Notes: generated by a model from the sequence alone, not told the origin. Positions 11,172-25,215 are shown, counted from the first letter of the whole stretch. The stretch: 62,462 nucleotides of DNA, filler included, from Hausera hauseri (GCA_046269625.1; 12 parts of 12 records of this genome joined end to end with filler, not necessarily neighbours in it), one strand, 5' to 3'. Numbers and translations: made by a program.

Positions 11172-12949
11172 GGTGACCGGAAACTACAGGGTGATGGCAG
11201 TCAATAAACGCAGTAATTACGCTCCTAAACAGTGCTGTAAAAATGTAGTAGTTAAATAGTAAATTACTGAATAATTATTGAATTTTAAATAATTCACAAT
11301 TCAAATAAGTTTTGCGTTATGAGTTGGATCATTATCACCGAACTCCGGACAAGTCCATAGATGCTCCAATCCTCGCGTCTAATAACAGTAGTGCTAACGT
11401 ACTTTAGCATACATTAGTTCATTTAATGGAATATCATCATGTGCACGTCGAATCAGCTAGTGCTCTGATACGATTATGAACTATTAGAAGCATATCAACG
11501 CATTGTATGATCGAGAATCTACATTTTTTTTCGAATTTTATAATTGAAGTTTTATTTCCCAACAGCTTTTCACAGTACTCTGTTTTTTCTACTTCAATTT
11601 GCAAGCGCCAATGAATCTTTATCACGCAAACATTTCACACGCAATCTCCGAGTTGTCATCCGTTTGCGTCAGAAATAGATGTTTTCAGCCTACCTTTCGT
11701 TGGACCAGAGGCTGGCTTTTGTTTTTTATTTAGTGAACCATCACGTTGTCGAAAACACAGTTTTACTTGTATTTTGAATTATCAATTTGCCTCCCTCCCA
11801 AGACATCCCCGTGTTAAGAGACTGAGCATGGGGAAAACCTGCCTAATTAACGCTGGATATTAAAATACAACAATCTGCATGAAATAAGACTTCGTCAGAA
11901 TTATAAATTGTAAACTGAGAAAGAAATTATATATAAAATTACATATAAATCTTTTAATGAAAAAACAAAAACCACAAGCAAGTCCTGCTTTTTTAAAATA
12001 CCAAGCTGAAACGCAGAAACATTTCTTTTTTTTTTTCTAAATGATTTCTTATTTTTCAAATTTGCTTGTGCACTCGTGAAGAAATAGTGACATTAAAGCC
12101 TCATTATTTTTTCCTCTTATTAAGGCTCGCTTTATCATTTGTCTCCTTCCTCGTTCCATATTTCTTACTGCAGCATACTGTACATTTCATGATATTAACA
12201 ACAAAACACACACACAGCAAAGTGATTATATTAATGTCTTCTAAATAATATCCCAGCATCATAATATAGAAGAGGCAACGATAATGCAGTGGTTAGTTCG
12301 TACTGACCAGTCAGATGCACATCTGAGGCAAGATTTTAATTCCTCCGTATCAGTCCAGAAATAGTTGAATAGTCTTGGATATAACATAGTCATAAAATGG
12401 CCACTGACATCACAAATCCACGTGCCCCACGTTCATGTGAAAAGGGGATCCTGTACATAAGCCAGAAATTTGCTGGCAGCGGTTCTCAAAATGTGTGGAA
12501 TGGATTCTGGGTGTTAATACCATAAACACACGAGGCGATGTTGCAATTCACAGGCGATGTGTGTGTTCATTTTATCTGTTGTGACCGGTTTTAAGCCTGA
12601 GGATGTCATCCTGAGGAGTGCGTCATCTTTGTGATTGTATGAGTCATGATCTTCCCTCCATTTATATTTGCACCTGGGTTTTATTATGGATTTGACTTCA
12701 CGGAAGTTCGAGGACATGGTTTGTTGTCCACCCTGCATGCCAGTTTTGGCCAGTTTTCTACCTCTTCCTTACCTGGAATGCCAAAGTTCCGATAAAATGG
12801 CGGAGCAGAAATTTTAGCTGATGCAATAGAGCTTGTGCATTTGCGTTGATGCCATCCTCCGAAGCTCAGGTAGCTAATTCGACATAAGAACCTAATAACA
12901 TAGTATTTCAAAAAGAGACGTCAAAGAGATGGGGCAAATACTGAGCAAA

Positions 12950-13045
12950 CACGTTCTATGAAGTATCTAGAGGTGAGGTTTGAGAGCAGTCTTAGTTTCA
13001 CCAAGCATATCAACCATACTATATCTAAGGCCCGTGAAAGGGCTC
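12950..13045 (+). pseudogene. Non-LTR retrotransposon RT C-terminal fragment
   Basis: MKYLEVRFESSLSFTKHINHTISKAR resembles KYLGV.FD..L.F..HI..TI.KA. Confidence 0.6.
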
Positions 13046-14049
13046 TCATCCGTCAGGATATTGTAACAGCAGTTTTCAACAAAGAGCTGACCATATTGCT
13101 ATACCAATAGCTTGTTTTGTGAATGCTTGAATACGATTAGCAATTCTCACACCCAGTGAAACATAAACAGAGACAAAGGTATACAATGAAGCAGTGCTTT
13201 TATCTCTGGATATGTAGCACAGACACTCGCTGTAGGCAATAGGTATTTGCTCGACCTTCCCCAAATGCCTAGCAGAATGCAGATAATGTCAAGCATGAGC
13301 TCACGTCTAGATCAACAAACTGGCCAACAACACAGCTGTGGTGAAATGTCGAATGAATCGATCGGATATGAAAGCCATCAAAGACCTTGCTGGGCATGCT
13401 GACTTCAACGACAGTGTAAAACAGCAGCACTCGTCAGGATGAGAGATCTTCGCATCCAGCAAGGAACTAAGATGAACACGCAAGAAACAGTATAAAGACC
13501 ATGAATCGAAATCGAATTGGGGTTGGCAGTAAATGTATACGTAGGTAGATTCTGAGGAGGAGATTCGAGCACGTGTGGATCTGCAGTGACAACAAGCCTT
13601 GTTGAAATGTAGAACTTGTCATGGAGTGCCGGAAGTGTGGTAGTATTATGATCTGTGAAGTGTTTCTCTTAGTTCCCTGCAGGCTAAGCGCTGTAAAGTT
13701 GTTTGTTTTCCATTATAATTGTAGTTATAATGTAAATAATGCAACTGTGTTTAAAACTAATGATTTATATACTAAATTATCATGTTATTACTACTATAAA
13801 CTGAGTAACTAGAAACAACGCAGATAAGCCAGTTCCAAGCTACAGCCACAATATGAACGATACTGCTCTGAGATAGTATGATACACATAATCCATTCTTC
13901 AGTCACTCACAAATAGTTGTGTAATGCTCATGATCTCAGTCAGCATAACGCGTTCCTTTTAAAATACTCCATCTTATATCTAGTTTTATTTTAATTTGTT
14001 GGTGGACCAGTTCCTGTTCAGTACAGACTCAGATACTGATAAAGGATCT

Positions 14050-14360
14050 TTCCGGGCTATGGATCGTAAGCCCTGGCACTGTGTATCAGAGCCGGCTATG
14101 GGTCGCCCCCCCCCCACACACACACACACAAGACATTAATGTCGTTGGTGCATAATGTGTGGCTGTCTTCACACCTGGTTCCATGTATTTTTTCTGAGCA
14201 GGGACTCCGCCACCTTTCTCGCAGATTAACGTTCTCAAGGTAAACGCCGTTACTCATTTCAAGCTTGGTAAACCTAACGTCGATTCGCCACTGCTAGGAA
14301 TCGAACCTGTGCTGCCGGCTGAGTCTGTAACGAAAGGAGTAACGACGCCGCCGTGACCTC
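14050..14360 (-). mobile_element. tRNA-derived SINE (decayed)
   Basis: Pol III B-box GGTTCGATTCC (14297-14307, minus strand), followed by a core-like segment TTACCAAGCTTGAAATGAGTAAC and a simple-repeat region. No full cloverleaf. Confidence 0.55.
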
Positions 14361-15300
14361 TAGTAACGATAACCAAATAGTAGCTTACTACAATGGATAT
14401 TTACAAGCAGAAACCGAACTTTGGGTGTCAGTTCATTTCTTAGACGATAATGGCTCTAGGACAATTTCCAAAGGTCATCATCATAGTTTGTCTTCGTTAA
14501 TATACATCTCTTTTTTGGTTTTAATGTCGATGTAATTTTAAACACATTCAGTTACATTACTAAGCTACTAGTAACACGAATTTTTGTGTCAAAATAACGT
14601 AGATCATACACAGTAAGTCATTAACTAACCACATTTCTGCCCAACGCCAGAACCTACAACATGGGAGATGCTGGATGTCTTCTCATCCGTTGCTCAGGTA
14701 TTTAAAAATGTGTATCTAGTTGAAATGAAACAAAATTCGTGCGTTTTGTGCAGTGTCATTGATATACAGACAGTGGATTACTGGAGCAGTTCTATGCTGG
14801 AACGGAGATCGGAGCAGATATTGGCATGTACCAAATAAGCAGTGGCAAATCGCCCATGTTCACAAAGTTAACGATGCTTATAAAATGAAAAAAAAAAAAA
14901 AAAAGGAATATAATATATAATGTAAAATTTAAAAAAACGAAATTTAAAAATCTTGTAAGCGACGAGAATCTTACAGCCAGTAGCTCTCCATTGCAAAAGA
15001 GAAAAAAGCAATTCTGTTAGCTTTTATTAACATTTTCCCATTCGCCCCTACCTTAACGTTCGCACAAGTTGTCCTTGTTAACGTGGCCGTGTTGGGGCGG
15101 CGGGGTATTGTTGTGCTGATCGGGCATTCCCTTGCGTATTTCTTCTTAAATTTACCGCACACAGTCGATTCCAATGTTCCAATGAAAAATGCAGACAAGG
15201 TAAAAGTTCAGATGAACGGATATGTACTTCGCATTCTTGCCGCGTTTAAAAATTATTTTCAATGGAAAGTGTTGTTTCTATACGGCTTAATAGGAGTTAC

Positions 15301-15400
15301 NNNNNNNNNNNNNNNNNNNNNNNNNNNNNNNNNNNNNNNNNNNNTTAATTAATTAANNNNNNNNNNNNNNNNNNNNNNNNNNNNNNNNNNNNNNNNNNNN
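15301..15400. other. Artificial contig spacer
   Basis: Same linker. Confidence 0.99.
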
Positions 15401-15808
15401 GGCATAATGGATATAAATTCCAGCTTTTATTTTTCAAAACCCAAAATCTCATAGATAGACTTCAAATCTATGTTTATTTTGTGGAATCTAAATCGCTTTA
15501 CCTAACATATGCATGACTGAGGTCCCTCGTTGTCTTTAAAAATGATTAAAAACATGTTTCCAAGTTTGTTGTTGTTTACTAAAATATTTTCTAATTGTTT
15601 TTAGTCTTAGACATTTTTTCCTTATACTAATCTCTAAAAGCCCCAGTCCCCCAGTTTCTATTTTCCCCACTAATGTGTTGTATGCAATTTTTGCAGGTTT
15701 TCCATCCCATATAAAATTCAAAACCATGCTTTTAATGATTAACACCCATAAAGGTACACCAACTACTGCTGGAAACCAAATTTTTGATAAAAATAAAGTT
15801 TTAATAAT
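15401..15808 (-). pseudogene. Tx1/L1-clade LINE ORF2 post-RT fragment
   Basis: IIKTLFLSKIWF..FIWDGKPAKIAYNTLVGKIETGGLGLLE. Confidence 0.85.
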
Positions 15809-16967
15809 CTTCGAAGTTCTTAATCCCACATATCCCGCGTATGCGGCAGGAAGTCGGAGAATGACGAACTGCCACACTGAGGAAATCTTTTTAGGTAAGA
15901 AAATTTGAACCACGGAAGGGTAAATGGATGAGCTGTTAATTGCATTATTGATTTTGATATCATGCTTTTGAGTCATGCAATGTTTTAAGGTTGGATTAGC
16001 ATTTGCTTAGCAAAAGGATGCCAGTAACATTTTAGTAAACTTGCACCATTATATCATTTACAACACATTTGACAGATATTTTGTGAAATGTGGTGCATTT
16101 TATAGTGTTTTAACTTTTCCGTGACATTTATAATGATGTTGTTTGCGGTGCTTTAGTAATCGTATTTCTTAAAATATTGGTGGCTGTCAACTCCATGGCT
16201 ACCGCCTGCAAAATTCATCCGCAGCAAAATTTTGCCATCTTATTTACGCCTGGTGTATTTATGGCATTGTGTTGAAATGTTCGTTTATTTTGCATTTCTT
16301 TGGCAAACAGATGTTAGTAATTAAGCATTGCTTTACAATATTCTATATTTCCGATATAGTTTTTTATTGTAAAATAATCAAGACTTTATGCATATTGAAC
16401 ACTATCCAATTAGCTGGTAACGTGTAGGTACATCTGATAACTGTTTTAGGTTCGAAAATTGTAAAAGTGCATAAACGTGCCAATCGGCGCATAAACCGAG
16501 CATCGTTATTCACTGCTTAGCGCATAGCGTTGCCAAATGGCACTTGACGGCACACCGCTACGACGTCTGTGTATTTCAGCGTGTTGCATAGTGATGCCGA
16601 TCGGCACATAGCTCAATCGACTATAGTTTGATCTGCAGTAGCATCATATATTAAACCCCCTTTTCGACCAAAATAATAACAATATTTTACTGATCATAAC
16701 TATTACTTAATTCATGACAACTTGTTAAGTCTCGCTCACCTTTAAACTTTTGTTCCAACTCATACATACTGACATACAAATATTCAAACGACTGATGCAG
16801 CTCATACCAGCATCCAAAAAGGTAAAACAACGCGAATAACCATATCAAGTGTAATTGAATATACCTTTGTAACACAGAATTTCTTTAAAGCCATCCTTCA
16901 TAACAAATTCCCAAACACGAGTTTCTTTCGAGAAAATGTTCACATAACTTTTCCCACAGTAGTTAAC

Positions 16968-17133
16968 AAGCTTTTCTACATCTCTGCAGATAATATCTTG
17001 AAGTAAATTGTTATGAGAAACCTTCAGTTCATCATTTTCAATATCAAAAAATATCCCAAAGCAATTAAAAGGCTTTTCTGCATCTGCAAATAATATCTGG
17101 AAGTAAATTGTTATCAGAAACCATCAATTCATC
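16968..17133. repeat. Local duplication of about 65 bp
   Basis: gcttttct.catct..gca.ataatatct.gaagtaaattgttat.agaaacc.tca.ttcatc occurs at about 16968 and about 17070. Confidence 0.8.
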
Positions 17134-18322
17134 GTACACCTTCATTTAATTTTGAAATTCTGTTATATATTAGGGTGGCTCTTAACTCACTCCCCTTACA
17201 TATAACTTAGATTACTCTGGAAATTAGATGTTAATATATGCAGACTGGGTTTAACGTTATCGTTAAACGAATGTGCCTGCTATGTCGATATTACGTTTAT
17301 GCGAATGTAATGTATGCAAATCCTGTGCACAATTTAAATGATTCTTGTCACCTATATAATTTACAGTAAAATTTTAACTTATTGTACTTCAATTCAGCCT
17401 TAAGGGCCGATGGCAAACTATAGAGGGATTTTAAAAAAGGAAGCAATAAATATACCACTATAATGATCACCACAAGAAAGATCACAACGTTTCAATAATG
17501 TTTATAGCTCTGGTCGTATGCCACTGATATCGGATCACTGAAATTCTTCTCGAACGCTAATCAACTCAAAAGTCGAAGTAATTTCTGGCTAATCGACGCT
17601 ACAGACGAAGAAGTATGTCCTGATCTCTTGCAACCCATTCTATATATACCTTTCTCGTTTGCCATTCAACATGTTCCACATTCTTTTAATTGAATTTACA
17701 TTTTTTTCTGATTACTCGCTATATTTCAACATGTGGTTCAATTAGCAGAGGATATTCAACACGTTTTTGGTTTTTAATATTTTTCGACTCAACTACAATA
17801 TGCTATAATTTGAATATATTGATTTAATCTCCACCATTAGCAATTCATTTTATTAGAGTCTATGTACAGTTTATAATGTCTCTACACTATATGCAACATT
17901 TCTGCTCCCTGAGCGACATCCTCGGATGTGCCTATTGCGTCAGGAGAGGTGGCGCCATTATTCGGGCGTTGTAAGGCATTTAGCCTCTCGCGTAAGTCAC
18001 TTTAAGAATCGGTTCTTCTACTGGTTTGGGGATTTTGCTCCAAGTAATAAGCAGTGGGTGCTTTTATCTCGACTACCCTATTATTTTCGCCACGAGAAAA
18101 ATACTTTAACTGGGATGCCTCCGCTCGGCATACTGGGCAGGTCGGTTTTCCATTAATCAGGGTTCATTGCTTTAAGCAATCGCGGCAATGTCGATGTCGA
18201 CAATTTCTATTGGCAAGTATCACATATCCTTGCCATAAATTAGCCTCACACAATGGATAAAAACTTTCAGTTTTATTGTCTAAGTCACAATCCGTGACCC
18301 ATGTTATTTCTTGGAAAAGGAG

Positions 18323-19569
18323 TCATCTGGGATTTTTATAGAGATGTCCGTGCAGTTGTTTCTGGTCGGGATCAATTGAACTTTTCCGTGGATCTTCATT
18401 AACAGCGATCAGTGTCCACTTAATTACGGGTTGGGAGTCTATATCTGGGATTCCCATTTTTTTGTACTGTTTCTTTATTTCTATTCTGGTCTGATTGTCG
18501 ACTGGCACTGTTATTCTAATAGTTCCTGTTTTCGATCTGAACACTGGAGTTAGATATCTGCCTAACTTGGGGTCAATTCGTGCATAAGCATTTTCATGTA
18601 ATTCTAATACTGGCACTGTACGAATGTAAAATACTGACTCTTATTTTCCCTCGACTTACATACTATGCCATTATCAGGATGCAAGGTTGTTCTTCCGTGT
18701 GTTTGTGGTCCTCTGTGGTTATTACTTACTTATCTTGTCTCCTTTTTAGAACATTCACTTCCGTAAGTCTCTCTGGTATCTTCTCCGGAGGATGTTTTCT
18801 GATTTGTTCAGTTTGGGATGATCCTTTTACTTTCTTCTTTAAAAATCCGAATATGGATTTCTTTTTCTTTTCTGGAGATGGGTCTCGCAATTTGGGCTTT
18901 TTGGTTGATGTTCCTTGATAGCTGTCTATTTTATTTGTTTTTACGGGTACCTGAAATCCATATGAAGGTTATTGGGTTTATGTTGTGTAACATCTTCTTG
19001 GTTTGAAACTGGTACTGTAATTCGCATGTTATTGTCCCTTTTGGGTTCGACGATTCGCATCGGCAAATACGGATGAAATTGCTTCCGATGGGGGGAATTC
19101 AATTCTATGGGGTTTGTACTGCTTTGAAGGCTATTTTTGGGGTTCAGAGCCGACAATTTATTATCCCATTTGATCGTGGCGCAAATATCGCGCAATTATT
19201 AGGTTCTTTTATTAGCAGACAACTGTCGGTTGATTGTGTACTGGGTTCCGATCATGATTTCTATCATTGCTTTGAAGTGCGTTTCCATGGTCATGGGAGC
19301 GGGTCGATTTACACTATCATTTTTCTCTTTAATCTTGGGGTGAGCCCAGAATTCTCGTATTCCGGCTATATTTTTGGGTTTTATTCCTAGTTTGTCTATT
19401 TGTTCTTGGTCTCGGAATCCCGCGATCATGCAACCGTATAGACAGTGGTTCAGTTCTATCTCTAAAATTTTGACGTCCTTCCCATTTATCAAATCTTCTT
19501 TTCTTATGCCTGTTATTTCCGCAAACGTTTCTTTTACTCTTTTCCGAGGGGCAATCAGCCTAGAATACA
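18323..19569 (-). pseudogene. Decayed long ORF of unknown function with an internal repeat
   Basis: Chain of same-strand ORF pieces (19199-19492, 18941-19195, about 18730-18940, 18323-18616); RITVPV(S/D)NQ occurs twice. Confidence 0.5.
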
Positions 19570-19669
19570 NNNNNNNNNNNNNNNNNNNNNNNNNNNNNNN
19601 NNNNNNNNNNNNNTTAATTAATTAANNNNNNNNNNNNNNNNNNNNNNNNNNNNNNNNNNNNNNNNNNNN
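19570..19669. other. Artificial contig spacer
   Basis: Same linker. Confidence 0.99.
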
Positions 19670-19812
19670 ATATTTTAGATTAGATTCCGAATTGGAAAGT
19701 AATTCTTTCTAACGTAATGTTGTTGAGCTATGTTTTACGTCAGATAGACAAATGACGATGAGTATTAAGATATTGTGGTAATGAAATCGTGATAATGCTC
19801 ATGTCAAACCCT

Positions 19813-19999
19813 TGGTAGTCTGATAAACAGCCCAATAAGAATATTGATTTTATTTGACACTAATATGCACTGTTCGGCTGCCAAACAAACACAGAGCAAA
19901 AGGTAAAAGGGCAGGACGAAAGCCGTGCTAATTTAGCTGTACCAAACGGTGACTGTATTGCCAAAAATGGAGGGCTATATTTTAGACCGTGGCACTACA
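19813..19999 (-). repeat. Putative short 3' LTR (about 187 bp), preceded by PPT GGGGAGTGA (20000-20008)
   Basis: Minus strand reads PPT|TGTAGTG...AATAAA...GACTACCA. Confidence 0.65.
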
Positions 20000-20080
20000 T
20001 CACTCCCCGTGGCAAAAAAGAAACTGTAAAGCAAAACAGAAAGAGGCGAAACGCCAAAAAATGTTTAGTGCCTATTGGGT

Positions 20081-21660
20081 TTAGGTGCGTATGATGCGTT
20101 GTATTCCGTCTACGGATTTTTCCCTGCTATAGGTACAAAATGTCACTCTGCATGCCTTATTTGATTGATTTGTACTTGGCTGTTGAACGATATTTTGTGG
20201 TAGACGTTTTGTAGGGTTTTCTGATTCAATTTGCTGTGTTGTTTGTGTTGAAGACATTAAAGATGGTGAAGAGAATAAATCAAGAAAGAGAGGCAAAGAA
20301 ACTGAAGGTGGTGACGATAGTGAAAGAGGGGGAAGAGAGGCCGACGGAGAAAACGGAATAAGCGATGTAGGTACAGTAGTCGGTGCGGAAAATGAGGATG
20401 ATTTATTACGAGAGAAACGTGGTTGCTGCAGCGGAGCGAATTCGTGGAGAAAGTTTAAGGAAGTAATGGAAGGAGTGAGAGTTGAGATAGAGTTGGAAGT
20501 AGAATCTGCACCGGATTTTCATCAGGGAAGAAAGCGAGTTTAAGATTCGATATGTGGACGTTGTAGAGTTTGTCTCGGCGTAAGATGGTAGCTGTATGAG
20601 ATGAGAGGTGAAGCAGTTTATATGGGCCAACATACTGAGGTCAAAAACCCGAAGGTGATTGATCCTTCATCTATACAAACTTGGCTGAGTATAAATCCTT
20701 CGGAATGTATGATTTGTTATTGTTTAATATGCAGCAGAACTAGTTTGAGCTGACCTCAACAAAGTGAGACTGTGCCGCACGAATGTTTTCGTCTGTCGGA
20801 TTGTCGCTGAAGTCAGAAAGTTCGAACAGAGCCCGTATTGGAGTTCCAAAAAGTGCCTCGGCTGCACCACAACCCGTGGTGATGGAAGGCGTGTTACGCC
20901 ACCCGAGTAGAACAAATGGTAGGATGAACGTCCAATTGCGATGATTGTCTGCCAAGATTTTTAAAGAAATTTTCATTGTTCGATGTAACCTTTCAAGAAG
21001 GCCATTTGATTGTGGATGGTACGGTGTTGTATGGAAATGTGATATCCCCAAGCGTTTAACAAGCGATTTAAAGAGTTCCCATTCGAACTGCGGACCTTGG
21101 TCCATTATGATGTTCCGTGGGGATCCAAAACGACTGATCCAGATTTTAATGAAGGCATCTGCTACTGAATCAGTGTTTGTTGAACGGAGAGGAACGGCTT
21201 CAGGCCAGCGAGAAGCACGATCCATCATAGTGAGAATATGTTGATAAGGTAAGGGTCCAACAAGATCAAGATGGACGGTATGAAAACGTAATGTACATGA
21301 AAAATGGTAAAGCGGCGGTTTAAGATGTTTGTTTACATTGTATTTTTGACAGTCTACGCATTCCTTAACCAAACCCTGTACATCTGTGCGCATTGATGGC
21401 CAAACTACATGACGTCGGAGCAAGCAAAACGTGGCTTTCGAGCCTGGACGATGAAGTGAATGCGTGTGAAGGAAAGCTGGTTTTTGCAAAGAAGGAGCGA
21501 GAATGATTTTTTATTACCGGGGTTAGATGTGTCGTATGCAATGCCATCAATGATTTCGAAGGATTTGAAAGAACGAAGAATATCGGCAGACGGCTGATTG
21601 AGCTTTAGAATTGCGGTAGAAAATATTGGTCCAATCGTAATTGAACCGATCGACTGCGAC
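20081..21660 (-). pseudogene. pol: Gypsy integrase with low-complexity tail
   Basis: HSLHRPG..CVDCQK; VHLDLVGPLP; RWPEAVP; DQGPQFE; YHPQSNGLLERLHRTMK. Confidence 0.93.
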
Positions 21661-22900
21661 AGCAAAATCTGCGACCAAATTCTCAGTATCTGAAATATAC
21701 TTTATGACAAAACTAAATGTAGATAGATACGATATCTGTCGTTCCTGCCTCGGTGATGGCTGTTTTAGTGACATGATGTGCAGCAGAGGCTTGTGATTTA
21801 TTTGGATGATAAGTAGACAAGAGAGGAGGCGATGCTTGAAATGTTTTACTGCCAGAACTATAGCTAGTAGCTCACGATCAAATGTTGAATATCGGTTTTC
21901 TGGTTGCGTGAGTATTCGAGAGTAAAATTCCAAAGGTTCATCGACGCCGTTGGAAATATGGTGTAGTATTGCACCAGTAGCTATGGTAGAGGCATCGGTT
22001 GTAAGTATTAGCTCCGCGTGGGATTTTGGATAGGCCAGTATTTCGACCGTTATTAGGTCTTCACGCAAGTAATCGAATTTGGTGACTAAATCGGGAGTTC
22101 ATTGGATTAACTGTCTTTTCTTTCCAGATGAGAGGTGCGCGAAAGGTGCTGTAAGCTCAGAGCAATGCGGTACGTATTTATGGACGAAATGTAGTGTGCT
22201 AAGAAAACTCCTCATATCTGTAGTGATCGTTGGTAGTATTACATTTTTCAATTGCTGTAGTCGATCAGGTTGTGGAGAGTGGCCGTGAGCAGTGATGATG
22301 TGGCTTAAGAAATTGGCACGTTTCTGAAAGAAGTTGCCCTTAGAGAAGTTAACTTGTAAGTTCCTATGATGTAGTCTGTGAAAAATAATTCGGAGATGTT
22401 CATGGTGTTGTTTGACGGAGTTGGAGGCAACTAACATGTCATCGATGTAAGGATGAGCAAAATCAAGGCCTGAGAGAACGGTGTCGATGTGGTGTTGAAA
22501 AGTTTGGGCTGAATTATGTAAACCGAATGGCATAAACATGTGTTCGTAAAGGCCAAATGGACTGATGAAAGCAGTCTTTGGATTGTCATCGGGTGAAACA
22601 GGAATTTGATGGTAGGCTTTGTACAGATCTAATGTGAAAGAGGTATTGGTGTTGTTAAGACTGCAGGATGTCTTTTATGAGCGGTAATGGGTAATCATCC
22701 ATGATGGTTAGATTGTTTACTAGACGGTAGTCGCCACGTGGTCAAAAAGTACCGTCCTTTTTTGCTACTACATGTAATGGTGAAGCCCGTGGTGATTTAG
22801 ACCTCCAAATGATACCAGATTTTTGGAGTTCGTTAAATTCTAATTCCGCGGCTTTTCGTCTCCGAGGCGATAATGGTCTCACCTTTTGTCTGCTAGGTCT
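21660..22900 (-). pseudogene. pol: Gypsy reverse transcriptase + RNase H
   Basis: ASPLHVVAKKDGT; MPFGLHNSAQTFQ; YIDDMLVAS; LTTDAS; RYSTFDRELLA; NHKPL. Confidence 0.93.
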
Positions 22901-23115
22901 TTGGTGTCGGATGACAATGTGGTGATAAGTTGTTGACAGGGGCTTAAAGCTAGAGTTCTTTTTAAGTATACGAGAACAAGAAGAAATGATGTAGGATTTG
23001 AGATTGGAATCCAGTGATAAAAGTAATTGAGGCTTATTATCAGAGAAGACGGTGACTGTGATTGGCAAAGAACGAAGGACATCGCCGCCGTCAACATTCG
23101 GTTTAACCGATTGTT

Positions 23116-23691
23116 TTAAAATCGACTTCGATATTCGAGGTATATTGAGAAAATAGATAAACTACTAGATTTATCGTTATCAACCGACGAGCAATTTAAC
23201 AACTTCACGTGTGAGTTCGCAGACGATTGGTCTGTTGAGCTGTCTGTTAGACAATTGCTAACGTTTACGACGGAGTCTCCACGTAGTAAACAGCCATACT
23301 TGCAGTCAACTAGTAGGTCGTGTGCGGCCAAAAATTCTGATCCGATTATTAACGATTTAATATTGGCCACGTGGAATTTCCAGACAAACATGCCTGGTAA
23401 GTTTGAAAATGTAAAAACCAGTTCCGTGGTACCTGTGATTCGCAAAGGTTGACCGCTGATGGTGAAAAGCGGAGGAGAAGAAACTGCTGTTAATGTAGGG
23501 ATGAAGGACAAAGGGAGGAGTGAAAAAGCAGCTCCTGAATCGATGAGAAAATCCATATGTGGAGCACTGCTAGAGAACAGTGTAGCTTTTAACAGAAAAA
23601 CCGCGGAGGCGGTGTTATGACGGCCAGAAGACTGAGAAGTATTGCCTATGCCAGAATGTGCCGTAACATCTGGCGGCCTTTTTAGTTTCAT
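23116..23691 (-). pseudogene. pol: Gypsy aspartic protease
   Basis: FLIDSGAAFSLLP..IIGSEFLAAHDLLVD. Confidence 0.9.
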
Positions 23692-24505
23692 GAAGATTGT
23701 GGAGGAAAAGAATATGACTGATAAGAAGAAGTAGGAGAAGAAGATGAAGAAAAACTGAAGTTGTTTTTGTAATGTTTACATCCCGGAACACACGATCTGG
23801 CTAGAGAGTTGAATGTTGTGTGATAAATAGAGATAGGGCTGTCCACCGCAAAACGCTCGTCGTAAAATATACAGCCCAAGATACATTTTTCTGCGTTTCT
23901 ACGAAATTTCTTGTGATAAAAACAAATCATTTGTCCGCCAGGAGATTTAGAACAAAATGTGTGCCTGAAGAGGCTACGCTCACGCGATGCACGAGTCTCA
24001 CCTTGCCGAGACATAAACATATTACTTAGTTGGGCTGTGATGGTGGAAATCGAATGCTGTAGAGTATTGTATTGTTTTTGCATTATTACGTGAGATGAGG
24101 TATGCGTGGTTGCTGCAGCTACGGGTTGTGAGTTGTTAGTTTGCAATATTTCGGAACTTTTATTAGCCAATAGGGCAGGTTTTTTAATCGCCGTCGAGTC
24201 GTCAACGACAGTAAGGAGAGCTCTAATGGAAGTGGTTAAGGAGGAGATAAAATAACGACAAATAAAGTCCTCATTGTTGGTAGGGGTAACGCCAAGAGTA
24301 CTTAGGTGTGAAATAGAGATCTGCAGAAAGTCAGAATGCTTTTGACTGCCTATAGCATGTTCGTTAAAGTACTTGTGTATTATATTATCAATCGATGGAT
24401 GGGTAATATGAAAAACAGATTAATAAAACATGTCATATGGTGTTGGCGAAGTAAGGATATTAGTAAGATTATTGATTTGATGCTTGATATTTGCTGGGAG
24501 AAGAA
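23688..24505 (-). pseudogene. gag: Gag with tandem CHCC (C-x2-H-x9-C-x3-C) motifs
   Basis: CFYHKKFRRNAEKCILGC, then SIYHTTFNSLARSCVPGC. Confidence 0.88.
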
Positions 24506-24605
24506 NNNNNNNNNNNNNNNNNNNNNNNNNNNNNNNNNNNNNNNNNNNNTTAATTAATTAANNNNNNNNNNNNNNNNNNNNNNNNNNNNNNNNNNNNNNN
24601 NNNNN
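24506..24605. other. Artificial contig spacer
   Basis: Same linker. Confidence 0.99.
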
Positions 24606-25215
24606 CACTTTTGTTTATAAACACAAAGTAGAAAAACGACAAAAATATGAATTCATAAAAAAGCTGAAACCTAACGAGAAGGAACTTTCTGTGGCAGAAA
24701 CTATGGAAGGTTTTGTTTCAGGAGCTAATTTGGATTTAACAGAGAACAAAAAGTTTATCTTAGACTTAATTGACAAAGACTAACCTGGTGGGAATATTGT
24801 ATCTGCTGTAAGCGATTTAACAAAAATATACCATTTAGTAAGACACCTGTGTCCCCGTCAATGGAAATCAACAATAGCACCATCTATGATGAACATGTTA
24901 GTTCAGAATGAATTCCTTTTAGGAACGTTGATTTACGGTGGTTGCAACATGCTTACAATTATTGTTGTTATCGTTTTACCTTCTTAAGAGCCAACGATCC
25001 ACGAAAGTGAATAACAAACTGACAGTTACTAAATCGAAAAAGAAGCTTCAGAAAAGGAGTGGAAAGACTAAAGCAGTCAGACTTATGCCAGCAACGAAAA
25101 ATACAAAGCAGAAAAAATTATATCGAATAATGAACAGTATGAAAAAAGTCAAAATAAACCAATAGAAATATCATCTTGTCCAAATATTCCTCGAAGTCAA
25201 GGTCGAATACTTGTT

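Larger units (their letters stand above)
19813..24505 (-). mobile_element. Ty3/gypsy LTR retrotransposon, CsRn1-like family copy 2 (5' end cut by the contig), decayed
   Basis: gag(CHCC)-PR-RT-RH-IN-PPT-LTR order, with multiple stops and frameshifts. Confidence 0.96.

Noticed and set aside
14280-14360. tRNA gene
   Set aside because: Only a B-box/T-arm is recognisable and there is no acceptor stem; better explained as a SINE head
15875-15910. Hammerhead ribozyme core (CTGAGGA..GAAA); similar CTGANGA hits at about 685, 12597 and 37422
   Set aside because: Stem II is imperfect or GAAA is missing, and I could not form stems I/III
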